Part shown: positions 41,800-61,741 of the stretch, in pieces
How the letters are laid out: every line of letters starts with the position of its first letter
How positions within the stretch are numbered: the first letter of the stretch is position 1
Source of the DNA: Flaccisagitta enflata
Lineage: Eukaryota
Assembly (NCBI GenBank): GCA_965153355.1
Contig: OZ231126.1
Location: forward strand, 8,990,001-9,054,000
Length of the DNA stretch: 64,000 nt
Direction of reading: 5' to 3'
Position numbers and translations under genes: made by a program
The notes under the pieces: generated by a model
What the model saw: only the letters and a program-made list of their open reading frames with translations
Told to the model about the DNA's origin: nothing
Databases searched by the model: none

Positions 41800-42305
41800 T
41801 GGACTGACTGGGATTCTCCTAGCTCCCTGATTGGTCCAATCCAGACTGGGATGCAACTAATAACGTTACAAGATTGGTATATTTTAGACTGGGAACAGCG
41901 ATCCTTGCGTTTAAATGAGGAACGACTGGAAGCCAAGAAAAAAAAGATCAATCAGGAAAGACAAACTAGTAGAGAAAGTAGCAGGGAACATGGAAAACCG
42001 GGTTGTGAGGTACTGAGCGTTGTTTATACGGTAAAGCAAAACGAACATTACAACGTACCCTACAAGGTGGCCGATGACGCGACAATCATCACTGAAACTA
42101 TTAAAGTAGTCTAGATGGACAAACAAAAGTAGCATAGCGAAGGGCAGCGTATTTTTAAGTTATGTTTATACGGTAAAGCAAAACAAACATAACGATTCCC
42201 TCTTCGGCCTCTCTTGGCCAATCACAGGCGTCCAGTCCAATCCTGTAGCCAATCAGAGAGGTCCAGTCAATTGTATACCCCAGTCCCGATTGGTCGGACT
42301 GGGGA
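41800..42305. promoter_or_regulatory. Putative bidirectional promoter between ZFYVE19 and YME1L, with CCAAT-box clusters
   Basis: CCAAT/ATTGG at 41830, 41836, 41873, 42218, 42237, 42249 and 42289, including the NF-Y-like GGCCAATCA and AGCCAATCAG 31 bp apart. Lies between two divergently oriented genes. Confidence 0.6.
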
Positions 42306-43598
42306 CCCGTCAATTATATTCTTACCGCTAGCTTAGGGATTCTATACTTTTAATGTTCTTTTTTGCTATTTTCTGTATGTCGCGCGTGTTAATTATTGCA
42401 TTTAACTCTGTCGCTTCGTAAATCTCCTCTATCAGTGCCCCTGTTCAAAAAATTGGTACAACTATTTTCTCATTATTGGAAATTTTGCTCTCATTTATGT
42501 GGACGCTTCCTCATCCCTTCCTATGTTTTCCTTTTTTCTTTCCACGCAAATTGATGCATCGTGTCGGTTCGTCGGCCCGTCGGTCGGTCGTTCAATTCCA
42601 TGTATCAACTGTTCAACCATTCATGATTTATGGCGCCGGCCCCATCTGGTGTCTGTGCTCCGTCCAGCCGAATTGCCTTACTCTACAGCGTCAAAGCAGT
42701 ATGCAGTAACGCCAACAAGGCCGTGTACACTCATCCCAGTCGCGGACGGATGGGCAGGAGCGGAATAGCGAGAAAACGCTTACACTTTGTTTTGGAAACC
42801 GACCGACAGACAGACAGACCGACAAAGCCAGTTCTGAGTCGCGAGTCCGCGACTAAAGCCGAAATTCCTACGGTAAAACGAGAGCACTTGCAAGAACGAT
42901 CGTATACCAAAATGCAAAACTTCTCACTTAAAATCTTGTTTTTGTTTTTCGAATTTCGATAATAAAGAAAGAAAGAAAACGTCAAAACGTCAAATATATT
43001 CTGATTGCATCGATGTCGAGACAATCATTTCACAGAATCTTTTGTTCTTTCTATCTTTCTTTCTGTCTGTCTGTCTGTCTTCCTTTCTTTATCATCTCTT
43101 TTTCTTCTTCTTTGTCATCTCTTTTACCCCTTCTTTTCCACTTCACTCACCCCTTCTTTTTCATCTCTTTTACTACCTCTTTTTCGTCTCTATCTTTCTC
43201 ATTCATCACTCTTTTTCACCTTTCTCTTTAGATGCGCCCTCGCAACTCTACAAGAGGTTGTGTCCGTTGCATTGGTCTGTCACGCAAACCTTGAAATCGC
43301 GAAATCTAAGGCCTTTTTTTCAATTCCAAAAAGCAGCAATGACTATACTCTTTCACTCATTCTACCACTTATTCATTCATTCATTCATTCATTCATTTTT
43401 TCATTCATTCATTCATTCATTCAGTCATTCATTTAGTCATTCATTCATTCATTCATTTTTTCATTCAAAAACAATATCGTTTATCGATAGAGGTCTCATA
43501 GTTTGCCCACTTGGCCTCGTTTATCTTTCTTACTTTTTCATTTTGATCTTTCTTTTTCTTCTTCCTTTGCAATTTTTTTTCTTTTTCTTTCCTTGCAG

Positions 43599-46500
43599 AT
43601 GCCGAAAATGGCAATTTCAGCGGCAATTTGTCGAAAAGACATTTGTCTCTTACGTGAGACTCTGACTCGACTCGTGGCCCCTTCTTTCGGGCCGCTATTG
43701 TCTTGCTCCCCTTCTACCTATTCTACCTATTCTACCTCCTCCTCTTCCTCTCCTTTAATTACGCCATCTTACGGTAACACGTCCGCCTCCCTATCACGTT
43801 TGTCCTCTTCCTCCTCGCTCCCTCCATTACGTCATTATATCCACCGCCACCCGGATATCGCGCGGCGCCTTTTTACGGCGGCGTCGTCGTCGTCGTCCGC
43901 GGCGTTTTTCCCCCTCAATGGCGGCGTCAATCTCGTCGTGGAGTCTCGGCGTCATTTCAAAACGCGCTCTACTAAAGGAATCGGCAGAAACACTTCGGCG
44001 ACTCAAACAGACGGCGAAAGTAACGCCAAAAGATTTGACATTGACGAGTTTCTCTTCGTCGACAACAAACCCGCCTCCTCTTCCTCCTCCTTATCATCCT
44101 CCTCTTCTTCCTCTTCCTCCTCTGCTGCCCCCGGAAATGAGCAGACTGACGTGGATTCTGCGCTGCGGCAGAACCTCTCCATGCGCCGCAAGTCCATCTC
44201 GAGACTGTTGAAGAAATATAAGAAGCAACCGGAAGTGCAGCAGCAATTGAAGATCGCTTTCGCCGATGGATACGCCTACGCCGAACAAAAGTCAGCCGGA
44301 GATGACGGCGCCGGCAAGAGTGGCAAAGGTTAGGAATCAGTTGAGTAGGTATCTTTCTTTGTCTCCATTTCCTCTCTCTTTCTGTCTGTCTTTCTGTCTA
44401 TCACTCTTTTATTGTCTTCTATCCTTCCTTTTTGCTGTCCTTCTTTTCCTCCTCTTTCATTTTCTTTGAATCAGATCAGATGAGATTAAACAAATGATTT
44501 CCCAACATTAACAGTCGTTAAGATTAATGAGTAAACGTTTTTTCGGGGAGGACTATATGAGTATGACTAAGCCTCCAATGTCTAGGTCTAGTAACATGAT
44601 TTACATCATAATAATTTCCTTTTTTCCAAATTTACGGCGGGCTAACCCTCTCCTTCTTTCTTCAGCTCAGCACTATCAAAGTATCATACAGTATGATTTT
44701 TCTGAACTGTAACATAAGATGAGAACATAGCACAAAAAGTAGAAGAGCTAGCTACAATCTGAAAAAAACACTTGGAAGATATGAGTTTGCAGATTTTTGA
44801 TGAGAAATCCCAAGGACTTTTTCTTTTAATTTGATCTGATTAATGCATGTGAATCAAAAGGCATATTCTGCCAAGAAAGGCTGTTTTGTAGTGACTGTCT
44901 TTCTGTAAATTGCTCTCATTTCTGAACGGTTTGAGCTACAGATCCCAGATTGGTCTCAAATGAAAGATATTTTGATGTGGTTTTAGGAGAAAAACAAAGA
45001 CAGCGATTTTTAAAAAGAGTTATCCTGCCAAACATGAACGATTTTGTTGTTTTGGAATAAATTGTTTGCAGAATTGACTTTCAGTTAACCAAATGCATTC
45101 AAAACTCAAAAAAAGTCTGTCTGTTGAGCTTTTCCCAGAAAGTACTTCAAAATAGCTTTCATTTGGGACCAATCTGGCATCTGTAGCTCAAACAGTTTGG
45201 AAATGAGAGCTATTTGAAGAGAAACAGTTTAGCCGATATCTTTACTACTTTTTCCATTTTTCCACTTTTCAAAATTTCAATCCAAATTGAAAAAGTAAGA
45301 TGGATATCAGTTTTCTTTCTAAAAAACCTTTGGAATCTCTTAGCAAATAACTGCAAACTCTCACCTTTTTGGAGCTTCTTTCAGAATTAAGCTAGCTCTT
45401 CTAGTTTTTGCATAATGTTCTCATCTAATGTTACAGTTGAAAAAAATCTTACTGTATCATTCCTTCATTCTTTTCCTTTAGTCCTCTTTTCTGTTGTCTT
45501 TATTGCTTTGTTATCTTCTTTCCGTCTTTTTTTTCTTTTTGGGCCCTTCTAGGCCTTCTTCCTTCTCTCCTTTTATTTCTTTCTTTCATTCGTCGTTTTC
45601 TTCTTACATTTTTCCTTTGCTCTCTTTGTTTCTTTAGTCTTTCTTTCCATCTTGCTTTCTTTTTCTCTCCTTTTTGTCCTCGACGATCAGTTTACGTCGA
45701 GGACTATAACATAGCCTTGATCGTGTAGTAAGCCGTTTGTTTGTTTGTTTGTTGTCTCAACCCTTAAAAACTTGAGAACCACAACTCAGATGTTGATGAA
45801 ACTTGGTCAGTGTTATTTTTAGGGCATTACTAACCTGTGTACCAACTTTCAACAACATTCATAAATATTTAATACCCTTTGCCTATTATTTTTGTAGTAA
45901 TATTAATTCCTGGACTTGTGCAATTTACATAGGGGAAGGGTAGTAAAGGTTCACCAATGTTGTTCAAACTTGTTGTGAAGGTTTATTGCATCAATTAAAG
46001 CTCCCCTGCAAGATTTCAGATAATTCTGAGTATTGGTTTAGAAGATATAAGGGTATTTTGCTAGTAATATTAATTCCTAGACTTGTGCAATTTACATAGG
46101 GGAATGGTAGTAAAGGTTCACCAATGTTGTTCAAACTTGTTGTGAAGGTTCATTGCATCAATTAAAGCTCCCCTGCAAGATTTCAGTAAATTCTGAGTAT
46201 TGGTTAAGAAAATATAAGGGTATTTATGATGTATCTAGTAACATTATTTTGGACTTAGAATTTTTTTTTGAAAAAAAAATTTTTTTTGAAAAAAATTTTT
46301 TTAATTTTGAAAAAAAATTTTTTTTTTAAATTTTTTTTTGAAAAAAAATTTTTTTTATTTTTAAATTTTTTTTTTTTTTGTTTCAAATTTTTTTTCTTTG
46401 AAAAAAATTTTTTGAAATTTTTTTTGAAAAAAATTTTTTTGAAAAAAAAATTTTTTTGAAATTTTTTTTTTTTATTTGAAAATTTTTTGTTATCTTTTTT

Positions 46501-49500
46501 ATTATTGGATTATAAGGTATGCTTTCATGGACTTCAAGGATGCTATCATGGGCTTCAAGGTATGCCATCATGGACTTTAAGGTATGCAATTGGTAGCCGG
46601 GTCAGACTGAGTCGCCGGGTCAGACTGAGTCGCCGGGTCAGACTGAGTCGCCGGGTCAGACTGAGTCGCCGGGTCAGACTGAGTCGCCGGGTCAGACTGA
46701 GTCGCCGGGTCAGACTGAGTCGCCGGGTCAGACTGAGTCGCCGGGTCAGACTGAGTCGCCGGGTCAGACTGAGTCGCCGGGTCAGACTGAGTCGCCAGGT
46801 CAGACTGAGTCGCCGGGTCAGACACCAAATAGACTACAGTCGAGGACTGTTGTTTTTAAGCTTTTTTCTTTCATGCATGATATTTGAATTTGAAAGCAAA
46901 ATTTGCATCCATTCAGCAAGAGACTCAGATTTAACTTATATTACTGAAGAACATTCACTGAAAATTTCTTCAAATTTCTTTTTTGTCACTGACAAGGGGT
47001 TGGTCGAAATTATAAGTTTGCATAGAAAATGAAAAAATGAAAAAACAAAGACCTTAGTTCTCTTCCCAAATCGTTTTTAGAGAGAACTATGTTTTTGAAA
47101 ATGCAAAATTTTTCTGGTTGTGGCTTTCATATAATTTCGACCTCAGGAAATAGAAAAAAATGTCAACAAAATTTCACTAAAAATCTTTACTTCCTTGCCA
47201 TTTTCCCTGAGAATTGCTTATCAAATTTTCACTCAGATCTTTTTTGAAAGCACAGTGCAAAAGGCAACTTAAAGCGTAAAATATGAAACAGACATGCATA
47301 ACAAAAGTTTCCTGTGACAACTTGAACAATGAAAACATTTGTGGATGGATCAAATGTCCATTATTGATGCAAAAGTGGGGTGAAGCACTTCATTTTTCCC
47401 TGGCAGATTTGACGTCTTACCTTCTCTCCATATCTCTTTCCCTTGTTTCCTTCTTTCGCTCATTCTCTTTCCTATTCAAAACCTTTCTTTCTTTAAGCAT
47501 TTCTTTAAACCTTTCTTTCCTCTCTTTGCCCTTGCTTAGGTTCCATGTCTGTTTGGTCCATCGTGCGAGAGACTCTTTGGTGGGTGATCGGGATTTGGCT
47601 TCTCTTCCACACTATCAACGAGATTCGTCACGCTTTGGGTAACGGCGACGGCCTGTCCAGAAGCCTCTTTAACTCTTTGGGCCCCTATGAAGTCAATCCA
47701 GAGGAGATTCTAGTTACATTCGACGATGTTAAGGTTATCAATTAATTGTTGAATGGATGAATGAAAACAACGAATGAATAAGTGAGTCATGGTTTTGATA
47801 TACCCATTGCATAAATGAATGAATTAATTTATGAATTAATGAATGAATGCATGAATGAATATTTAAGTTAGTGTTGGTTTTGATATACCCAAAGAATGAG
47901 CGAATGAATAATTGAGCAAGTTATTCTTGTTTTTGATGTACTCATTGCGTAAATGAATGAATGAATGAATGAATAGGCAAATGAATAATTGAGCAAGTTA
48001 GTCTTGCTTTTGATATACTCATTGCGTGAATGAATATGAACGCATGAATGAATAAACAAGTCTAAAATTGTTTCAACACTTATAATCGAAACAGGGCGTG
48101 GACGAGGCCAAAGACGAGTTGCAAGACGTGGTGGAATTCTTGCGCGATCCGGAGCGTTTCTCTTCCCTCGGCGGCAAAATGCCCCACGGCGTGCTTCTCG
48201 TCGGCGAACCCGGAGTCGGCAAAACGCTGCTGGCCAAAGCCGTCGCCGGAGAAGCCGGCGTCCCGTTCTTCCACGCCGCCGGATCGGAATTCGACGAGAT
48301 CTTCGTAGGCACCGGCGCCAAACGCGTCCGGCAACTCTTCACTTCCGCCAAAGAACGCGCGCCGGCCGTCATCTTCATCGACGAGATCGATTCCGTCGGC
48401 GGGAAGCGGACTTCGTCGCCCGGACATCCTTACGCCAATCAGACAATCAACATGCTGCTGTCGGAAATGGACGGGTTCGAGAAGAACGAAGGCGTGATCG
48501 TCATCGGAGCCACCAACAAAAGAGACAATCTCGATAAAGCGTTGATTCGTCCCGGCAGATTCGACGTCGAAGTCACCGTTTATCCTCCCGATATGAAGGC
48601 CAGAAAGGAACTATTTGATCTCTACGTGGCTAAAATCGTGTGTGACGACGCCGTCGATACCGCCAAATTGGCCAGGTTTCTATTTTTGGTTGTGGGAAAT
48701 ATTGTACTATTACTTCTTGGCAGCATGCGCAGCAAAGAAATGCCAATCCTAATGGGGACAGTCAGATGAGTCAGATGAGTCAGATGAGTGTCCCTGTCAA
48801 CAAGCTACGCATGATGCAAAGGTGGGGCAAATCGGGCCACTTTTACTGTTTTTGTTTGGGGAATTTTTTAAATGTATCCTCCGAAGCTATTGATTTCCAT
48901 GTTAAGATAGCATTTACCCATAGGTTTAGGGTTGATATAGTGATTTCCAGAGTGGGCCCCATGGGGGCCCATATTTTTAAGATAACCTGATGTGGCCCGA
49001 TTTACCCTAGGCGGGGCAAATCGGGCCACTTTTAGCTTCATTTGCTCATTCCTCTAGGGGCTCACAACATTAGCCAAATTTTTTGGCCAGGATATCAGGA
49101 ACTAAGTTGGAGTTTGATTTAATTACATAATTGCCAAATTCGTTCGATTTTACAAACTTGAAAAAGAGAATTATTCATGGGCCAGAAAATGTCAGAAAAT
49201 TACAGCCATGAAAAATCCGAAAATCCGCTAACAAAGAAATAAAAGGAATTTCCTGGTGCCATGGGAAATCCCAAACGAGTAATTTCTAGGGGACCCCCAC
49301 GCAAATGGAGCACTAGCGTATCAAAGATTCATGTAATTTGTAAGGCATTGGACCTAATCGCCATACCCAATACCAAAAAGTCACCCAAAATGACAATTGT
49401 TGAAGTTGTGATAAAGTTTATCACAACCTATCAGTTATCGTATCAGTATAGGGTTGGAATGAAGTTGTGCTGATGCTACTGTTGCTGCAGCAGTTCTGAG

Positions 49501-51925
49501 GAAACATCACCCCAACAACCCCATTGACTGGTGCAACTCATAGCGGGATCATCACTACTTTTATCCTAATATTCATTTCAAAAGTGACAATAATATGCAC
49601 AAGTGGCCCGATTTGCCCCTGGCCCGATATGCCCCACCCTCCCCAAGTCATTTCACAATGTCACTCTAGAATCTAGATGTGCTATTTAAAACTAAGACTC
49701 TAAGAGAAGCAAAATACATCCATTGATTCAATGGAATTTATTGATGAATTTATTCACTTACCTCGCATACTCTCGTGAATTTGTCGGGGCTGACATTGAC
49801 AATTTGATTAATTTACTTATTTACAGAGACACTCGTGGATTTGTCGGGGCTGACATTGACAATATGGTGAATCAGGCGGCGATCCGCGCTGGCAAGCTCA
49901 AAGCCAACGCGGTCTCGATGGAGCATTTGGACTGGGCGAGGGACAAAGTCTCTATGGGACCCGAAAAGAAGTCGAAAATTCCCGATGAAAAGACCAACTG
50001 GAACACGGCGCTACATGAAGCCGGACACGCGCTTGTCGCTTACTACACGCCCGCGGCACTTCCGATCAGGTTTAAAGTCTATGGGACGGATGAAAAAGTT
50101 GGTGAGACAAAGTGACATCTCTAGCGGGTAACGCTAAAAGCTACGGTATTTCATATATGAAACCGCGAACCTTACAGTCAGCTTTACAACCATACATTGT
50201 GATGGTGGAAGGTGGTGGTTATGGGTGGAAAGAGATGAGATAGGCCTAAGAGCTTGATAGGTGGTGTAATTGGGCCAGTGCGATGGTGGAAGGTGGTGGT
50301 TATGGGTGGATAGAGTTGAGATAGGCCTAAGAGCTTGATAGGTGGTGTATTAGGGTCAGTGTGATGGTGGAAGGTGGTGGTTATGGGTGGATAGAGTTGA
50401 GATAGGCCTAAGAGCTTGATAGGTGGTGTATTAGGGCCAGTGTGATGGTGGAAGGTGGTGGTTATGGGTGGATAGAGTTGAGATAGGCCTAAGAGCTTGA
50501 TAGGTGGTGTATAAGGGCCAGTGTGATGGTGGAAGGTGGTGGTTATAGGTGGATAGAGTTGAGATAGGCCTAAGAGCTTGATAGGTGATGTATTAGGGCC
50601 AGTGTGCGTTGCATTTTCCTGGGGCATGTCACGTTCTGAGCATCGATTCATCCCTATATTGCCAGTCTTATGACATGTGCAACAAAAAGTTAGAATATAG
50701 TTACAAAATACTTGTCAACTGAAAAAGCAAAAGGTACTTTATTTCTGTACAATATATGCTTCCACTCATATACATACAATCCAATTTTAGGCTATAAGGT
50801 CATTTATGTGACAGTGTGACAAGCTCGGCTCACATTACATGCTCCAATTGCCATTTCAGGAAAGTGACGATTATGCCCCGTGGTCCCGCTTTGGGTTACG
50901 TGGAACAGACGCCGAAAGACGTGATGACGAATCAAACCAAAATCGAGTTATTGGCGGAAGTCGACGTGGCCATGGGAGGCAAAGTGGCGGAGGAATTGAC
51001 CCAGGTTTTAAGTCGGATCTTATGCAAATGATCTGGTAGCTATAGATTTCTATGATATTGTTATCTCATCGATGACGAATTTTACTTGTTTCGCATAAGA
51101 TTGGACTCACTGCAGAGGTGCCGATTATGTGTAGCGTGGTAGCAATGCAACGCGGCAGGCAAATGCCAAAGTGCGGTAGATTACATGGGGGGGGGGAGAA
51201 GGGGGATCCAAGGGGAAGAAGGAATGAAGAAAGAAGACCGCCAAATTTTACGCCAGATTTGTTCTTACGCGAATTTGTTGTTTCTGTGGATGAAAAACTT
51301 ATTTGCATATTGCCGTAAAAGTTTAGTTCACGCTAACTATTGTTCTTAAAACGAAAATGAAGTCGCTTTTTAAGTCGACTATTTCTTTTTTTCTTTTTTT
51401 TTTTTTTTGACCGAGTAAACGAGTAAACGATAATTTTGTAATAACAATGGAAAATGCCAATTCTCGTAAACAAAAGTTGACTTTCAAACACAATTGGGTT
51501 TTCTTCAAAGGGATGTACATAGAGAAAAAATCACCGAAAATAATTGTAATTTGTTGATGTCTCTCTGCGCAAAAACGCGTAGTTGTCCGTTTGAGGCGGC
51601 TTCGTCCCTCAGTGGCCAGATCTGGTAACCTGGGAGGGTCCCCTAGTAACCTTGGAAAGCATCTGGTAACTTAGTAATCTGTCTGGTAATTTATTGGAAT
51701 TTTATCTGGTAACTTTGGTAACTTGGGGCAAAAATCTGGTAACTTTGGTGACCTCGGAGAAAAATTTGGAAATTTTTTTGATGATTTGAAGAAATAGTCT
51801 AAAATTTTTATATGAATCATTCATATTGAGCATCTTATCATTCACCATGCATATGAAAGTTGAAACAACATTGCCCTTATAAAAGGAGGCCAGAATACTC
51901 CAATATACACTAAGACACTAAGACA

Positions 51926-52016
<91 letters not shown>

Positions 52017-54870
52017 CCTCCTGTTACTCTCTGTGTCCCTCTCTTACTCTAACAGGTTGCTGCTTCCTGTTTCACCAAAAAAAATTGTAAATTAAAGTTG
52101 AAACCAAAGGCGATTTTTAGTTGTGTATAAGAAGTTATACACATTGCTGTGCTGGTTCCTTTGTGCGTCTGTCAATCCACTTATTGATTTGTCTATCAGT
52201 CCATCTAACATCTTTGAATTACTGGTTTTCTTTAGTTTTGTTTTTTTTATGGGTTATTAAGTCAAGTTTAAATTATGAGTAATGAGTATTAAGTGTCTAT
52301 ATTAGTTGTGTTGTTGCTTCTGTCCTACCATTTGCGACTTTTGCACTTTGAAGGGCAAATATTATATAAAATTGCGATTTTTTAAATGCTGCAAAAGAAG
52401 AACTGTAATGAAACTTCGAAAACAAACCCAGTGTTAAACCTAACCCTATTCCCAGCTTTATCTCTACCTCAAACCTTAGCTCATAACTTTTTAATAACAC
52501 AAAGCCGGGTCTTGGTGGTAATGAATACCAAATGCGGGGATCATTGTAAGAGCATACCCGCTAATGGAGCATGACTGTCAAAAAGATGAAAAACTTAGTG
52601 CCTCATCAAAGATTTATATCATAACTTTACTATAGCACATTTCTTTGATATGTGAAGCTCATATGTACATTAGAGTGATCATCCAACATGATTGTAGTAA
52701 CCTAATATAGATATTAAGAACTAGTAACTAATTTGATAACTTGCAAAAAAAATCTGGTAACTATCTGGTAACCTGGAGAGGTTAAGCTGGTAACTTGGCC
52801 GATATCAGTGTTGGCCACTAAGCTTCGTCCATGTAAGCTGAGGTTAAGGACTAGCCCGCTTATAAGCACGCATCGGAAAATGCGGTGGTATTGTTGTCTG
52901 ACTCTAGCCGTCCCAGAGGCCAAAATCTCGCCGATAAGCGTTACATATTGAGCACATACCGGGTCATCAGCCTGAGATGCCGGATAATGTTAAGCTTTTA
53001 CTCTGAGATGCCAAATGTTACGGATTTCAAACTGATTGTCTCTTATAGAGTATAGGTTGACGTTTTTTGTATCAAAATTTCATCAAAATCGGTCAAGTAA
53101 TTTAGATTTTACATCTAATTAAGTAAAAAACTTCCTTTTCGCCACTTCTGTTTTTTCATTGGAAAATGGAGGAACAGTCTTTTTTCCCATTTTCTCATTT
53201 TGCAATATTTTGAGCCTGAATCATGAGATTAGTCCTAAATAAAAGATGATTTGACAAATTTTTGAAACTACATCAATTTTTTTTTCATACTAGACCATTC
53301 CAGCTCAAAAAGTTGAAAAAAGAGAGAAATTTAAAAATGCTCTCTCTCTCAATTTTTATTGAAAATTCTGCTATTGAGGGAAAATTAGTTTTTACTTCAA
53401 AGACTTGTAAAATCTAAACTACTTAACCGATTTGGATGAAATTTTGAGTCAAAAAACGTCAATTTATGCTCTTTAAGAGACAATCAGTATGAAATCAAGG
53501 GTATATGGCATCTCTGAGTAAAAGCTTAACAGAATCCGGCATCTCGGGCTGATGACCCTGTATGATAATCTGGGGGTGGGAAAATAATAACGCACCGTCC
53601 ATAGCCAACGTATTTTAGAACAAGCCCGACCGGGCAAAGATGCGTCCGGTCCGGACCGGCTCTCAAAACATGTTGGTTGGTTGCCAAGAAACGCGGTTTT
53701 TGCACAGGCGTAACGGAGCGACGGACGAACAGACCCTCTTAAAGAGATGCGTTCCTGGCGGACGCGTCTAGAAATGCTGAATTCCCCTTTCTACAAATAT
53801 TCTGTGGAGGTAAAGCGATATTCTAATAGAGAAATGATCCCTTGTGACCCATTCCCATCACACCACACCCATACCCACACTCATACCCACACCCATACTC
53901 TTACCCACTTCCATAACCACCCCCAACCTATCGTCGGTCGGTGCAGGGCAACCAAGACGTTACTCCCGGTTGTTCAAGCGATCTGGACAAAGCGACGAAT
54001 TTGGCCACTTCCATGGTTCTGCTTTGGGGCATGAGTCCTAAACTCGGCGTCCGCGTCGTCAACACTCAACAAGACTTCGAGTCACTTTCCAACGCCACGA
54101 AAACTCTCATCGACGAAGAGATTCGCGCCATCACCGACGCCGCCTATAAGTAAGTCGTTATAAGCCAGCTGAATGATCCTTTAACAAGGCCAAGTAGGCC
54201 AATAAGGTGCGACGTGTCGATCGTCGAACGAATGCGTTACAGACCGACCAACCGACCAACCAACCAACCGACGGACAGAGCCAGTTATAGAGGTGCTTTG
54301 TCGCACCTAAAGATGAATTTGATTTCGAATCCTGGTGTTGTAGACATTTTGTCATTATAAAGTATTCTTTCAAGTGTCATCAACACTATGAGTAATGATA
54401 TATTACTATTTTTGCAGGGCTTATCGAAAGGTTTTCATTTATCGAATGATGTATTACTGGGCTTTTGTTTCGCGAAATGCCGAGGTTTATGCATCGTGGG
54501 TAACAAAATTCCCTCCACAAGAACTTAGATTGAAACTTTAACTTGTAAATTCTAGTTTTGAGTCACCCAAAAAAAAAAACAAATTTCACTCTACGAGAAC
54601 GCAGATTTCATTCTCAATCTTTGCTTTCATATTTCCAGACGTGCCGAGTCGATTTTGAAATCACACGCCAGCGAGCATCTTCGACTGGCCGAGGCGCTGA
54701 TCAAATACGAGACTTTGGAAGCGGAAGACGTCGACGTCATCGCCAAAGGCCAACTGCTCGTCAAAACCGAATTGGAGGAGAAGAAGAAGAGGAAAGAATC
54801 CTCCGATGCAGGAGGCTCGGGAGGCGCTGCCACTGATAATGATGATCCCAGACTTGGACACTTGTTATGA
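43599..54870 (+). CDS. YME1L1: Mitochondrial i-AAA ATP-dependent zinc metalloprotease (FtsH family)
   Basis: Exons 43599-44328 (Ser/Arg-rich presequence-like region, [13 protein letters not shown]), 47540-47733 (TM, VTFDDVK), 48095-48675 (Walker A GEPGVGKT, Walker [28 protein letters not shown]), 49827-50069 ([14 protein letters not shown]), 50860-51004 ([17 protein letters not shown]), 53947-54149 (SSDLDKAT), 54639-54870 ([11 protein letters not shown]). All junctions are GT-AG and phase-consistent. Confidence 0.93.
44689..45454. mobile_element. Long-TIR MITE, TA TSD, in YME1L intron 1
   Basis: TA|cagtatgattttt..aactgtaacataagatgagaacat..agaagagctagct mirrored by agctagctcttct..atgttctcatctaatgttacagtt..aaaaatcttactg|TA. 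Confidence 0.85.
45677..46851 (+). mobile_element. HINE-like composite element containing a about 130-bp duplication, an A/T-run tract and an 18-bp tandem array
   Basis: 5' hairpin gtcctcgac..gtcgaggac and a 3' repeat gtcgaggac at about 46839. About 12 copies of gccgggtcagactgagtc at 46596-46823. Confidence 0.65.
48818..49645. mobile_element. MITE-like element with ggggcaaatcgggcca inverted repeats
   Basis: ggggcaaatcgggccac at about 48824 and 49013; gtggcccgatttacc at about 48992 and gtggcccgatttgcccc at about 49603. Confidence 0.6.
50195..50606. repeat. 81-bp minisatellite, about 5 copies, in a YME1L intron
   Basis: Near-identical units gatggtggaaggtggtggttatgggtgga..gagataggcctaagagcttgataggtgg. 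Confidence 0.95.
51608..52822. mobile_element. Non-autonomous TIR element with 8-bp TSD
   Basis: TIR ctcagtggcca / tggccactaag (1 mismatch); TSD cttcgtcc at 51600-51607 and 52823-52830; subterminal tctggtaac repeats at both ends. Confidence 0.8.
52959..53560. mobile_element. Long-TIR MITE, TA TSD (Tc1/mariner-like)
   Basis: TA|ccgggtcatcagcctgagatgccgga..gttaagcttttactc mirrored by gagtaaaagcttaac..tccggcatctcgggctgatgaccctg|TA. Confidence 0.85.
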
Positions 54871-55324
54871 TGGATGTTACGATGGATGACTGGAATTTCA
54901 TTATGGACAAAGATTAAAAGAATGGAATGCTATGGCATGTTAACCTCAGCTGTGATACAGGCCGACGCTGCTGGCCATTGTTTCAAAACGGTGTCAAGAC
55001 GGTTATCAACCATCATTTGTGACGGAAAAAGGAGATTGCTTGATTGCTGTTTTAATACGGTAGACGAGATTTACGGAATAGTTATTTGTTAGCTCGAAAA
55101 TTAGTCGGTTTGTCCAGCTAATGACTCCTTCTCTAGATGTGATCATTTATTTATGTTTTATTATATAGTCACACAATTTGAACTAGAATATTAGCGTTCA
55201 GACACCAATTAACGTACAACTAGGAGCTTTGAGAAACATCATGAGGATATCTCGGTAGACTCGATAGAGAGTTACCAAGTCGAATAGTGTGGTTGCCAAG
55301 TTCTCAAGACAGATCGTGCCCGCG

Positions 55325-61741
<6,417 letters not shown>

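Noticed and set aside
43482-43489. DRE-like TATCGATA just upstream of the YME1L ATG
   Set aside because: It falls within a HINE-like repeat copy (43227-43521) upstream of a splice acceptor; single occurrence.
46596-46823. 18-bp repeat array (ORF RVRLSR repeats) resembling a CRISPR array or repeat protein
   Set aside because: Head-to-tail identical units with no spacers and no cas genes; it lies inside a repeat element in a YME1L intron.
48095-48675. GC-rich FtsH-like ORF suggesting bacterial HGT or contamination
   Set aside because: It is one exon of a seven-exon YME1L gene with a presequence-like N-terminus; other exons in the window are similarly GC/CpG-rich.
50184-50651. 155-aa repetitive ORF on the minus strand
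   Set aside because: By-product of an 81-bp (multiple of 3) intronic minisatellite; no domain or splice support.
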